Made by a program: the position numbers and the translations under genes. From the NCBI GenBank assembly GCA_037139855.1, contig JBAXFM010000003.1, positions 1 to 47,551 of the forward strand: 47,551 nucleotides of DNA. The letters run 5' to 3'. Of the stretch, positions 18,916 to 28,960 are shown one piece after another. The notes under the pieces are model-generated. The model did no database searches, was not told the origin of the DNA, and saw nothing but the letters and a program-made list of their open reading frames with translations. Within the stretch, counting starts at the first letter, position 1, and each line of letters starts with the position of its first letter. Origin of the DNA: Bacteroidota bacterium. GTDB taxonomy: Bacteria; Bacteroidota; Bacteroidia; Bacteroidales; FEN-979.

Positions 18916-19932
18916 CTAACCCACCGATCTGGCATAAGGAATCGCAGACTGATTTCCGAAATCACCTCTCAGAAATTTAAAATGGCCTGCAATGGCAATC
19001 ATAGCGGCGTTGTCGGTGGAGTATTGCAACGGCGGGATAAAGATGTTCCATCCAAGGGTGTCTCTTGCATCACTGAGCGCCTTGCGCAACCCGGAATTGG
19101 CCGACACACCACCGGCGATGGCCACATCCATCTTTTTAGTCTCCATCGCCAGGGTTAATTTTGACATCAGCATCTCAACAATGGTTGACTGGATGGAAGC
19201 ACAAAGATCGTTCTTATTGTTTTCGATAAAATCAGCGTCCTTTTTTAACTCATCACGTAAAAAATAAAGGAATGAGGTTTTTAACCCACTGAAACTGAAA
19301 TCAAGTCCCGGGATGTTGGGCTTTGAGAATTTAAACCGTTTCGGATCGCCCAGTTGTGCCAGCTTATCTATCATCGGACCACCCGGGTAGGGAAGTCCCA
19401 TGATTTTGGCCGACTTGTCAAACGCTTCACCCGCCGCATCATCAATGGTCTGACCGATTATTTCCATGTCAAAGTAATCACGCAGCAGCACGAACTGTGT
19501 ATGTCCGCCTGAAACAGTCAGACATAAAAAAGGGAAGGAAGGAACAGGATTTGTATGGTCAGCGTTTCTGATAAAATGGCTTAAAATATGGGCCTGCAGA
19601 TGATCCACTTCGATAAGTGGAATGTTTAATCCCAGCGAAAACGCTTTGGCGAATGAGGTTCCCACCAAAAGTGAACCAAGCAGGCCGGGTCCTTGTGTAA
19701 ATGCAACGGCAGAAAGTTGATTTTTACCTATATTTGCCTTTTGTATGGCAGCTTCAATAACCGGGATAATATTTTGCTGATGTGCACGCGAGGCAAGTTC
19801 TGGAACAACCCCGCCGAAATTTCGATGAACATCCTGGTTAGCCGTTACATTCGAAAGGATGACCTCATCCCTGATAATGGCTGCCGAGGTGTCGTCGCAT
19901 GAAGATTCAATACCGAGAATATAGTGTTGCAT
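18916..19932 (-). CDS. tsaD: tRNA N6-threonylcarbamoyltransferase TsaD
   Basis: ILGIESSCDDTSAA, GGVVPELASRAH, GPGLLGSLLVG, HLQAH, LTVSGGHT, DDAAGEAFDK, FSFSGLKT and TDNAAMIA. The ATG at 19932 is preferred over 19953. Confidence 0.96.
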   Translation of the reverse strand: MQHYILGIESSCDDTSAAIIRDEVILSNVTANQDVHRNFGGVVPELASRAHQQNIIPVIEAAIQKANIGKNQLSAVAFTQGPGLLGSLLVGTSFAKAFSLGLNIPLIEVDHLQAHILSHFIRNADHTNPVPSFPFLCLTVSGGHTQFVLLRDYFDMEIIGQTIDDAAGEAFDKSAKIMGLPYPGGPMIDKLAQLGDPKRFKFSKPNIPGLDFSFSGLKTSFLYFLRDELKKDADFIENNKNDLCASIQSTIVEMLMSKLTLAMETKKMDVAIAGGVSANSGLRKALSDARDTLGWNIFIPPLQYSTDNAAMIAIAGHFKFLRGDFGNQSAIPYARSVG

Positions 19933-19941
19933 AAGTAATCG

Positions 19942-19949
19942 CAAAAATA
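19942..19949 (-). promoter_or_regulatory. -7 promoter element TATTTTTG for tsaD
   Basis: Exact TAnnTTTG on the minus strand, 9 nt before the ATG at 19932. Confidence 0.55.
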
Positions 19950-19951
19950 CC

Positions 19952-22900
19952 ATAAAAACAGGATTAAAAATACTGCTTTATACTGTCACAGTGATTATTT
20001 CACTGCTGATGACTTTATTCCTGGTTTTCAGGAGCGATGCTGTTCAAACATTGCTTGCTCGCATGGCTGCCGACTATTTCTCAAAAGAACTGAAGACTGA
20101 AATCCGGATCAGAGGGTTTAATGTTTCATTCAAAAATGGTTTGATGATTGAGGATATCACTATACTCGATCGCCATAAAGAAATCGTTTTTTCTGCCCAT
20201 AAACTGGGGGTGAAACCGGGTTTTATGTTGTTCAAAACGCGTAAGCTCAACATCAGCAAAGTCTTTATTGAAAAGGGGAATGTGCAGTTGCTTACCCATC
20301 GGGGCGATAGTGTGTTGAATTTTCAATTTATCATTGATTATTTTGCATCGAAGGACACCGGTAAGAAAACAGATACCACGCCCTCTGTGCCATGGCACAT
20401 ATCCATATCATCGGTTAACCTTACCGATACCCGGTTTCATTTACAGGATAAAAATGAACCACCGGCACTGGCAGGGATGGATTATTCCAACATAGATGCT
20501 TCCGGAATTAACCTGGAAATTAAAGATGTTTCATTTGAAGGAGATAGCATCTGTGCAAAAATAAAATACCTTGCAGCCAGGGAACGCAGCGGAATAGTGC
20601 TGCATAACCTGAGTGGCGATTTCAGGGTAGGCCCAAGATTTCTGAAGGCACACAACCTGAAAATCCTCACAGATCATTCTGACTTATCGCTTACATTCGA
20701 CTTTTTATACGATCATTGGGGGGCCTACAATGATTTTCTGACAGATGTTGCAATTCATGCAAAAATAGAACCGTCATATCTCGACCTCCAGGATATCGGG
20801 TTTTTCGCACCTGAGCTGTTAGTCATGAAAGACAAGATTCGATTTTCGGGCAACATAAAAGGAACGGTGAGTAATTTCAAAGCCCGCGACCTGAAGCTGG
20901 CATTTGGGAAAAACACCACTTTTCAGGGGAACATCAGCGCCCTTGGATTACCGGATGTTGAAGAAACATTTATTGATTTGAATGTCAAGGAATTGAATAC
21001 CAATAAAACGGATATTGAGTCGTTGCTGATCCCCGGCGATCTCCGCCATCTGGAGTTGCCGGGTATTCTGGCAAATGTTGGAGTGATAAACCTGAAGGGT
21101 AACTTTACCGGATTTTACAATGACTTTGTTGCCACGGCGCATTTGAATTCAAATATTGGAAGTCTGGGAACCGATCTGTCGTTGAAAAAACAGAAGGACA
21201 GTAAAGTGATTGTGTACAAAGGGCAGTTGAATATCGGGGCGTTTGACATCGGAAAACTCACCGACAATGCCAATAACCTTGGAAAGGTTACACTTCGCGC
21301 TGAGCTTAATGGGAAAGGTTTCACCATTAACGATGCCGACCTTACCATGAATGTTCACATTGATTCAGTTTTTCTGAATCAATATAATTACAAGAATCTC
21401 GATGTCACCGGTTCCCTCGCTGATAAGAAATTCAATGGAATTCTCAATGTTGACGACCCGAACCTGAATCTGGCATTTATCGGACTGATTGACTTGAGTG
21501 ACACGATCCCGGATTTTGATTTTGCAGTACAAATCCATCATGCTCAGTTGTTTACGTTGAATCTGTTGAAACGTGATTCAATTGAAAACCTTGTAACCCG
21601 GATGAAGGTTAATTTTAAAGGGACCAACCTCGACAACATCGACGGCTCTATTAAGGTTGAAAATACCATTTATTCCGAAGGCAACAAACTGATTACCATG
21701 GATCTTCTCTCGTTGCTCACCAGGCAAGATACCGCCTCCGGAAAAAGCTACCATCTCCAGTCTGATTATGTTGATGCCGATATAACTGGCGACTTTTCAT
21801 TTAAAGCGCTGGTCCCGTCTCTGAGTACGTTCATTCAGAATTACCTGGCTTCATTCAACCTGAACGACTCACTGATGGCTTTGAGTCTCCATCAGTCAAA
21901 CCAGAAAATGAATTATGAAGTGTCCTTCAAACAATCAGATGAACTGACCAATGTTTTCCTCCCGTTTTTGAAGATTGCGCCCAATTCCGTCATCAATGGT
22001 TATTACAATGAAGACAAAGGAACAATCGTAATGAAGGGGCAATCCCCTGCACTTTATATTAACAATATTGAGCTCACGAATTGGTACCTGGATGCAGAAA
22101 ACAAGTTCGATGATTTGTCGATAAAGACCGGGTCTGCACATGTTTACCTTAAAAAGGCCAGTAAAAAGGACTCTCTGGAGGTTAAAGTTGACTCATTTCA
22201 GGTTGTCTCCAACATCAGACACGACAGCATTCAATACAGGGTAAGTTGGAAAGCCTATTCCAGACCAAGTGAATTCGATGGCTTTGCCAGTTTCCGAAAA
22301 AGCCCTGTCATTGAATTGAAAATAAGACAGTTCAATGTTTTCCTGAATGAAAAATACTGGACTGTTGATCCGGAAAATTTTGTCAGCATCGATACTTCAG
22401 CGATCAAAATATCAGATCTGGCTTTTTACTCAGGTGACCAATATCTGAAGGTGAATGGAAACCTTTCGGTATCGGCACGAGACACATTGGATGTTGGTTT
22501 TAATAAAGTCGATATTTCAAAAGTTGATCAATTGCTTGGAAGTGATCAGGTTGATGTGGATGGAATTCTGAGCGGCCATTTCAAATTGGCAAAACCATAC
22601 ACAAATCTCGTAGTACTTGCTGATCTTCGTGTCAATAAGTTTAAATTCAACAAAGAACTGCTTGGAGACGCCATATTTAATGTGAAATATGACGCGGAAG
22701 CTTCTCAATTTGATTTGTTATCACAGATCATTTATACCGGGAATGTGGGAACAAATATCCCATTTTCACTCAAAGGCAGCTATTTTATAAATAAAAAAAA
22801 TCCCCATTTTGATTTTGATCTTTCGTTGAAGAACCTGAATCTCAAGATGCTGGGACCATTTGTCTCAGATTTCATGACAGGGGTCAACGGCTTGGCTTCA

Positions 22901-24394
22901 GGTGATGTAAAAATCAAGGGATCTCTCGAACATCCCGACATCAGAGGACAATTAAAAATGATGCGTACTGAATTTAAAATCAATTATCTCAATGTGCCTT
23001 ATTCTTTTGCTGATGTTGTTACGATCGACAGCAACGCTTTTATTTTTGATAAAATCACCTTGTATGATTCGCTGGGGCATAAATCAGTATTAAACGGAAA
23101 GATCACACATCATCATTTTAGCGACCTGCGGCTCGATCTTCACGTTGAGATGGATGATTTTGCGGCTTTCAGCAATACACGGTCGCAAAACAATATTTTT
23201 TATGGCAAAGCGCGTGCATCGGGAATCGCAAGCATTACCGGACCGCCCGACAATATTAAAATTTCTGTAAGAGCCACGAACGGTGGTAAAACGCATGTGG
23301 TCATTCCAATTGACCTTACCCGGTCGGTAGGGCAGACCGATTATATCATATTTGTTGATACAGGCACCGATTCGATTGAAAAAGCACAGGATAAGTATCA
23401 GGTAAATGCCACCGGGCTAAATCTTGATCTTGCTTTGCGCGTGAACCAGGATGCAGAGGTTGAGGTTTTTCTCCCCGAACAGTTGGGGAATCTTAAGGCT
23501 TCAGGGTCGGGGAACCTGTTGATGGCCATGACCCCTTCCAGCCCTTTCTCCCTGTCGGGCATTTACACTGTGTCAAAGGGCTCTTTTCTCTTTCAGTTTA
23601 AAAATCTCTTAAGGCTGCCAATGTCGATTAAAGAAGGCAGTACCATCAGTTGGACCGGTGATGCCGCAGATGCAAATATTTCCATGAGTGCGGTTTATAA
23701 AACGAAAGCGCCGATGAAAGGCATTACCACCAATCCGGAAGAGGAGGGGCTCCGTATTCCGGTGGAGTGTATCATCAGACTTAACGGAAAATTACTGAAC
23801 CCTGATATTTCATTTGCCATCAGCATGCCAAATGTGGAAGAAGGTATAAAAAATGAGGTTTATTCAGCCATCGACACCAACAATCCCACGGTGATGACTG
23901 AACAAACAATATACCTCATGATTATGAATCAGTTTAAACCTGTTATTGCAAGTTCAAGCGGAACAGTTGACATGAGCGCAACCTCCATGTCTATTGTCAC
24001 AAACCAAATCAACAGTATGCTGTCGCAGATAAGTTCGAATGTGAATGTCAATATGAATTACAAACCTGCAACGAGTACCACCCAGCAGGAATTTGATGTA
24101 GGTATTTCCACACAACTTTTCGACGACCGTTTGCTGATTGATGGTACTTTTGGAATGAATTCATATACAAATTCTGCCACGAAGCAGGGAAGCACCATCG
24201 TGGGGGATATCAACCTGGAGTATATCCTTACAAAGAACAGGAGATGGAGAGCCCATGTGTTTAATCGCACGAATACCTTGAATATATTGAATAACAATGC
24301 CCCCTATACACAAGGTGTGGGGATAAAATACCAACGTGATTTCACCTCTTTTGGTGAACTTTTTAAATTTGGGAAAAAGGAGAAAAAGAAATGA
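19952..24394 (+). CDS. tamB: Translocation/assembly module TamB-domain protein (DUF490)
   Basis: About 1470-1480 aa with an N-terminal TM anchor, a beta-rich body and a C-terminus QLFDDRLLIDG...GDINLEY...YTQGVGIKYQRDF. Start is uncertain: ATA at 19952 or GTG at 19991. Confidence 0.82.
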   Translation: MKTGLKILLYTVTVIISLLMTLFLVFRSDAVQTLLARMAADYFSKELKTEIRIRGFNVSFKNGLMIEDITILDRHKEIVFSAHKLGVKPGFMLFKTRKLNISKVFIEKGNVQLLTHRGDSVLNFQFIIDYFASKDTGKKTDTTPSVPWHISISSVNLTDTRFHLQDKNEPPALAGMDYSNIDASGINLEIKDVSFEGDSICAKIKYLAARERSGIVLHNLSGDFRVGPRFLKAHNLKILTDHSDLSLTFDFLYDHWGAYNDFLTDVAIHAKIEPSYLDLQDIGFFAPELLVMKDKIRFSGNIKGTVSNFKARDLKLAFGKNTTFQGNISALGLPDVEETFIDLNVKELNTNKTDIESLLIPGDLRHLELPGILANVGVINLKGNFTGFYNDFVATAHLNSNIGSLGTDLSLKKQKDSKVIVYKGQLNIGAFDIGKLTDNANNLGKVTLRAELNGKGFTINDADLTMNVHIDSVFLNQYNYKNLDVTGSLADKKFNGILNVDDPNLNLAFIGLIDLSDTIPDFDFAVQIHHAQLFTLNLLKRDSIENLVTRMKVNFKGTNLDNIDGSIKVENTIYSEGNKLITMDLLSLLTRQDTASGKSYHLQSDYVDADITGDFSFKALVPSLSTFIQNYLASFNLNDSLMALSLHQSNQKMNYEVSFKQSDELTNVFLPFLKIAPNSVINGYYNEDKGTIVMKGQSPALYINNIELTNWYLDAENKFDDLSIKTGSAHVYLKKASKKDSLEVKVDSFQVVSNIRHDSIQYRVSWKAYSRPSEFDGFASFRKSPVIELKIRQFNVFLNEKYWTVDPENFVSIDTSAIKISDLAFYSGDQYLKVNGNLSVSARDTLDVGFNKVDISKVDQLLGSDQVDVDGILSGHFKLAKPYTNLVVLADLRVNKFKFNKELLGDAIFNVKYDAEASQFDLLSQIIYTGNVGTNIPFSLKGSYFINKKNPHFDFDLSLKNLNLKMLGPFVSDFMTGVNGLASGDVKIKGSLEHPDIRGQLKMMRTEFKINYLNVPYSFADVVTIDSNAFIFDKITLYDSLGHKSVLNGKITHHHFSDLRLDLHVEMDDFAAFSNTRSQNNIFYGKARASGIASITGPPDNIKISVRATNGGKTHVVIPIDLTRSVGQTDYIIFVDTGTDSIEKAQDKYQVNATGLNLDLALRVNQDAEVEVFLPEQLGNLKASGSGNLLMAMTPSSPFSLSGIYTVSKGSFLFQFKNLLRLPMSIKEGSTISWTGDAADANISMSAVYKTKAPMKGITTNPEEEGLRIPVECIIRLNGKLLNPDISFAISMPNVEEGIKNEVYSAIDTNNPTVMTEQTIYLMIMNQFKPVIASSSGTVDMSATSMSIVTNQINSMLSQISSNVNVNMNYKPATSTTQQEFDVGISTQLFDDRLLIDGTFGMNSYTNSATKQGSTIVGDINLEYILTKNRRWRAHVFNRTNTLNILNNNAPYTQGVGIKYQRDFTSFGELFKFGKKEKKK

Positions 24395-25677
24395 AAAAAA
24401 GTATCTTTTTTTTGATTTGCATGGGCTTGATAGCCTCGCCAATTTTTGCACAGATTGTGGTCAATCAGGCCGATATGCCTGTAGCCGGTGACACCCTCAG
24501 GGTCAGTGTAACGAACTTGGTGCCGTCCGGATTTTCTAAAACCGCCATGGATACCGCGTGGAATTATGCTGTCCTGGAGGCATTGAGCCAGCGGGTTGAT
24601 ACATTTGTTAATGCAACCGCTACGCCATCTGCTTACCAGTTGTTCTTTGTTTTATTGGGAGGAGCCAACCTTGCTTCACCTCTTGGTAGCAGTCCGATAC
24701 CAGGACTTCCTGTTTCACAGGGTTTTACTTTTTTCAAAAACAGTTCGGCATCCTACAACGATTTAGGTTCTGCCTATACCATACAGGGACTTCCATTGCC
24801 TGCGAAATATGATAACCCGGATAAATTGTATCAGTTTCCAATGACACCCGGGACAACCTGGTCATCGGTTTCTACTTTCGCCATTACCGTTCCGAATCTG
24901 GCATTTTACAGTACCCAGCGCGTCCGCTCAACGCTGGTTGATGGCTGGGGCGCCTTGACCACACCCTACGGAACCTTTCAAACCCTGCGGGTTAAATCTA
25001 CCCTTGCCATTCACGATAGTGTCTATATTGATTCACTGGCCACCGGATTTCCATTCAACAGGAACATCATTGAATACAAATGGCTGGCCAAAGGTAAAGG
25101 GATCCCCTTGCTTCAGATCAATGAGGAGGGAAATCTTGTAACAGCTACCTACAGGGATGTTTACCGGATGTCGGCACAATCGCTAAATATCACCCTTGGC
25201 CCTGATACGGCTGTATTGAAAGGAACCGTGCTCACCCTGCATGCCACCGTGACAGGAGGAACACCTCCATACCAGATTTTCTGGAATACCCTCGACTCCG
25301 GCAGCACAATCACCGTTACCGTTCAGGATATTCAAACCTACACCGTCCTCGTAATGGATGCATTGCAGAATTTTGATTCTGATCAGCAGATCGTTTCAAT
25401 TAAGTACCCGCCGGGAATTGTCGAAAATAATTCAACACCGTTTGAGGTTTATCCAAACCCAACAAACGGACAGGTCCATTTTGTCCTTCCTAAAGAGATC
25501 AACAGCGCTGTAATGCAGATCCTCACTCCTCAGGGAAAAATAATCAAAACTATGCAGGTTTTCCCCTCCGCTGGTGAAATCACCGCCCACTTGACCGGTC
25601 TGCCCGATGGAATCTATTTTATCCGGATATCCACAAAAACCAACGTCTATACTTCCAAAATCCAAATCCTCAATTAA
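24391..25677 (+). CDS. Secreted protein with T9SS type A C-terminal sorting domain
   Basis: Signal peptide ending AQ, and CTD motifs VYPNPTNG...LPDGIYFIRI...SKIQILN. Confidence 0.85.
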   Translation: MKKSIFFLICMGLIASPIFAQIVVNQADMPVAGDTLRVSVTNLVPSGFSKTAMDTAWNYAVLEALSQRVDTFVNATATPSAYQLFFVLLGGANLASPLGSSPIPGLPVSQGFTFFKNSSASYNDLGSAYTIQGLPLPAKYDNPDKLYQFPMTPGTTWSSVSTFAITVPNLAFYSTQRVRSTLVDGWGALTTPYGTFQTLRVKSTLAIHDSVYIDSLATGFPFNRNIIEYKWLAKGKGIPLLQINEEGNLVTATYRDVYRMSAQSLNITLGPDTAVLKGTVLTLHATVTGGTPPYQIFWNTLDSGSTITVTVQDIQTYTVLVMDALQNFDSDQQIVSIKYPPGIVENNSTPFEVYPNPTNGQVHFVLPKEINSAVMQILTPQGKIIKTMQVFPSAGEITAHLTGLPDGIYFIRISTKTNVYTSKIQILN

Positions 25678-25680
25678 CCC

Positions 25681-25722
25681 GTCATTTGTCATTCGTCATT
25701 CGTCATTCGTAATTCGTAAATC
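25681..25722. repeat. Heptamer tandem repeat (GTCATTC-like)x6, reverse complement of the 14266 unit
   Basis: GTCATTT GTCATTC GTCATTC GTCATTC GTAATTC GTAAATC. Confidence 0.88.
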
Positions 25723-25725
25723 CCA

Positions 25726-28700
25726 ATGTCCTTCACCGTCTATCGTTCCTCCGCCGGTTCCGGGAAAACCTTCACTCTTGTTAAAGAGTATGTGAAGATC
25801 ATCCTCCTTGAGCCAGGTGATTTCAGGCACGTTTTAGCCATTACCTTTACCAACAAGGCTGCCAATGAGATGAAGGAGCGTGTTTTAAAGGCTTTGGCTG
25901 AACTTTCAAAAGGGGAGAGGTCAACAGTTTCGATGATCAAAGAAACATTGGTACCTCTCCTTGTAAAAGAAACCGGTCTTGCTTCGCATGAGATTTCGAT
26001 GAATGCGGGCAGAGCGCTTGAAATGATTCTGCACAACTATGCCGATTTTGCCATCGGGACCATCGACAGTTTTTCACATAAACTCATTCGCACTTTCGCC
26101 CATGATTTCGGCTTGCCGGTAAATTTCAATGTGGAACTCGATGCTGATGAACTGATTTCAACTGCGGTGGATCTTCTGCTTGACAGGGTTGGCGATGATA
26201 AAGCGCTGACCTCTTTATTGGTGAAGTTCCTCGAAACGCGCATGGACGAAGACAAAGGATGGAACATTGACTTGATTTTGACCGGGTTTGCAAAAATATT
26301 GCTTGATGAAGAGGGACAAAGCAGAATTGGCAGGTTGAAAAAACTGTCGCTGGGAAGTTTCCAGGATATTTCTGAAACGCTGTATGCGAGAATCAGACAG
26401 TTTGAGAACAATATCCGTGAGATTTCACGGGAGGGTTCAGCGCTTTTACTGACAGGCAGTTTTTCTCCTGCCGACTTTTTCCAGGGAGAACGTGGAATTT
26501 GGAAATATTTTGCAAACCTTTCTGCGGGAAAGATGGACAAACTTGACCCAAATTCCTACGTTATTGCAACTGTTGAAGAAGACAAATGGTTCTCGGGTAA
26601 GGCTTCAACAGCGGCCCGTGACGCGATATCAGCCATAAAGCCTGGGCTACAGTTGATATACGAAAAAATTCAGAAAGAAATTGAACAGCATAAATCTGAT
26701 TATTGTCTCCGGAAATTACTTGCCAAGACCATATATCCCCTGGCTGTGCTGAATGAAATTGAGAAGACACTCAACGATTTTAAAAAACAGAATAATCTGG
26801 TTCATATCTCTGAGTTTAACTCACGGATTGCAAGCATCGTTTTGAATGAACCTGTTCCTTTCATCTATGAACGGCTGGGCGAAAAGTTTCAGCACATACT
26901 CATTGATGAATTCCAGGATACATCGGCACTTCAGTGGATGAATTTTATTCCGCTCATTGAAAACTCCCTGGCAGGGGGCTTTTTCAACCTGGTAGTTGGA
27001 GATGGAAAGCAGGCAATTTATCGCTGGCGGGGAGGGGAGGTGGAACAGTTCAATGCATTGCCGGCAATTCCGGGAAGTGACCTTAACCCAATTATCAAAC
27101 AGCGGGAAAAGATTTTACTGCGCCATTTTGAGCAAATAAACCTGGATCAGAATTTTCGGTCTAAATCGGAAATTGTTGATTTTAACAACCGGTTTTTCAG
27201 GACAATTGCCAGCCGTGTATTAACCGATGGTAATGAAAATATATTTGAAGGACTTGAGCAGCAATATAACCCGCAAAAAACCGGAGGATATATCAGCCTT
27301 GAATTTCTTGAAAAGGATGAGGAGGAGTTGGATTATCATTCAAAAACCCTGGACCGGATTCACACAATCATCCTGGAAGCCCAACAAAATAAGTATAGTC
27401 TGCGCGACATGGCCATTTTATGCCGGAGCAATAAAAATGCCAGTGCCATTGCAAGGTTTTTACTCATGAATGGTGTGGAGGTCGTTTCTGCAGAATCCCT
27501 GCTTATTTGCAATTCCCCCAAGGTCAGGTTTCTGATTGCTTACCTGAAATTTCTGTTCGAACCAAGGAATGACATTGTAATTGCCGAGATCAGGTTGTTT
27601 CTGAAACAATCGGAAATCGTCGGTGACACTAAACGGGAGTATGTGCGTGATGAATTTACCATGTTGCCCGTTTATGATCTTTGTGAGGAACTTATCCGGT
27701 TCTATAAACTCAATACCACTGCTGACCCTTACCTGCAGTTTTTCCTCAATGCCGTACTCAGGTTTACGGTGAAGATGTCAACAGGCGCTGTTGAATTTCT
27801 TGACTGGTGGGAAAAAAACAAAGGCAAATTATCAATCATTGTACCTGAAGAATTGAATGCAGTGAGGGTGATGACCATACACAAAGCCAAGGGGTTAGAG
27901 TTTCCGTTGGTGATCCTTCCTTTTGCACAGGAGGCACGTAAAAATACAAAGACATACTTGTGGGTCGATCTGGAACCGGATATAGCCCCGGGACTGGAAA
28001 CTGCCATCCTTCGGAGTGACAAAGAGATGGAGTCAACGGTATATAAGAATCAGTTTTTAGGTGAGCGGCAAAAATCAATGCTCGACTTATTGAATCTGCT
28101 CTATGTTTCTATGACCCGACCCGAAGAACGGCTTTATATCCTGACCAAATTTCCACCTCAGAATCAGGACGAGGTGAGTTCATTGCCTGGTTTCTTCCAG
28201 GTTTTCCTGCAACAGGAGAATGTTTGGGTGGATGGTCAGTCGGAGTACGCCTTTGGCGTGAAATCAGATCATGCTGGAAAAATTGTTGAGTCTGAAACAG
28301 AAACGATAACGCAGCACCATGCGATCAGTGTCGATTGGCGGCAAAAAATTGAAATCAGGATGAGGGCGCCACAAATGTGGGATGTAGAGAACCCCGTGGA
28401 GAAATCGCAATGGGGAAACAGGATCCATACCATGCTTTCGTGGATAACCACCGCAAGGGACATTGATTTTGTACTAGAGAAAGCTTCCCTGGCCGGACTT
28501 ATTGAAAATAAGGAGCGCGAAAATGTTGAGAAAATACTATGGTCAGTCATTGCTGATCCATTGCTATCCCGTTTTTTTAGCGATCAGGTCAGGGTGAAAA
28601 TGGAGCCGGAGATACTCCTGCCCGAAGGATCTTTTTATCGTCCCGATCGCGTTGTGTTTGACAATGATCGTGTTACAATTCTGGATTATAAGAGTGGGAA

Positions 28701-28824
28701 ACCAACTGCAAAGCATAGTGATCAACTCATCAGGTATGCAGGTTACATTGAAGAGATGGGGTATAAAAATATTCACCGGACCCTGGTATACCTTGATCCG
28801 GTGGTAAGAGTGGTGGAGGTGTGA
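25726..28824 (+). CDS. addA: UvrD-type helicase with C-terminal PD-(D/E)XK nuclease (AddA-like)
   Basis: SSAGSGKT, AITFTNKAANEM, TIDSF, LIDEFQDTS, VGDGKQAIYRWRG, MTIHKAKGLEF, LYVSMTR and nuclease RPDRVV...LDYKSG. Confidence 0.9.
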   Translation: MSFTVYRSSAGSGKTFTLVKEYVKIILLEPGDFRHVLAITFTNKAANEMKERVLKALAELSKGERSTVSMIKETLVPLLVKETGLASHEISMNAGRALEMILHNYADFAIGTIDSFSHKLIRTFAHDFGLPVNFNVELDADELISTAVDLLLDRVGDDKALTSLLVKFLETRMDEDKGWNIDLILTGFAKILLDEEGQSRIGRLKKLSLGSFQDISETLYARIRQFENNIREISREGSALLLTGSFSPADFFQGERGIWKYFANLSAGKMDKLDPNSYVIATVEEDKWFSGKASTAARDAISAIKPGLQLIYEKIQKEIEQHKSDYCLRKLLAKTIYPLAVLNEIEKTLNDFKKQNNLVHISEFNSRIASIVLNEPVPFIYERLGEKFQHILIDEFQDTSALQWMNFIPLIENSLAGGFFNLVVGDGKQAIYRWRGGEVEQFNALPAIPGSDLNPIIKQREKILLRHFEQINLDQNFRSKSEIVDFNNRFFRTIASRVLTDGNENIFEGLEQQYNPQKTGGYISLEFLEKDEEELDYHSKTLDRIHTIILEAQQNKYSLRDMAILCRSNKNASAIARFLLMNGVEVVSAESLLICNSPKVRFLIAYLKFLFEPRNDIVIAEIRLFLKQSEIVGDTKREYVRDEFTMLPVYDLCEELIRFYKLNTTADPYLQFFLNAVLRFTVKMSTGAVEFLDWWEKNKGKLSIIVPEELNAVRVMTIHKAKGLEFPLVILPFAQEARKNTKTYLWVDLEPDIAPGLETAILRSDKEMESTVYKNQFLGERQKSMLDLLNLLYVSMTRPEERLYILTKFPPQNQDEVSSLPGFFQVFLQQENVWVDGQSEYAFGVKSDHAGKIVESETETITQHHAISVDWRQKIEIRMRAPQMWDVENPVEKSQWGNRIHTMLSWITTARDIDFVLEKASLAGLIENKERENVEKILWSVIADPLLSRFFSDQVRVKMEPEILLPEGSFYRPDRVVFDNDRVTILDYKSGKPTAKHSDQLIRYAGYIEEMGYKNIHRTLVYLDPVVRVVEV

Positions 28825-28935
28825 GCCTCAACCCCGGCCTTCTCCCTGGGGAGAAAAATGCCTCAACCCCCGGCCCCTTCTCCCCCTGGGAGAAGGGGAG
28901 TATTCCCTCTCCTTGAGGAGAGGGTTAGGGTGAGG
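28825..28935. repeat. REP-like GC-rich double-hairpin element preceded by a partial tandem copy
   Basis: GCCTCAACCCC(C)GGCC at 28825 and 28860. Hairpins ccccttctccc/gggagaagggg (28874-28898) and ccctctcct/aggagaggg (28905-28924). Confidence 0.8.
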
Positions 28936-28960
28936 TGGTTAATGTTAATAGATTACAGAT

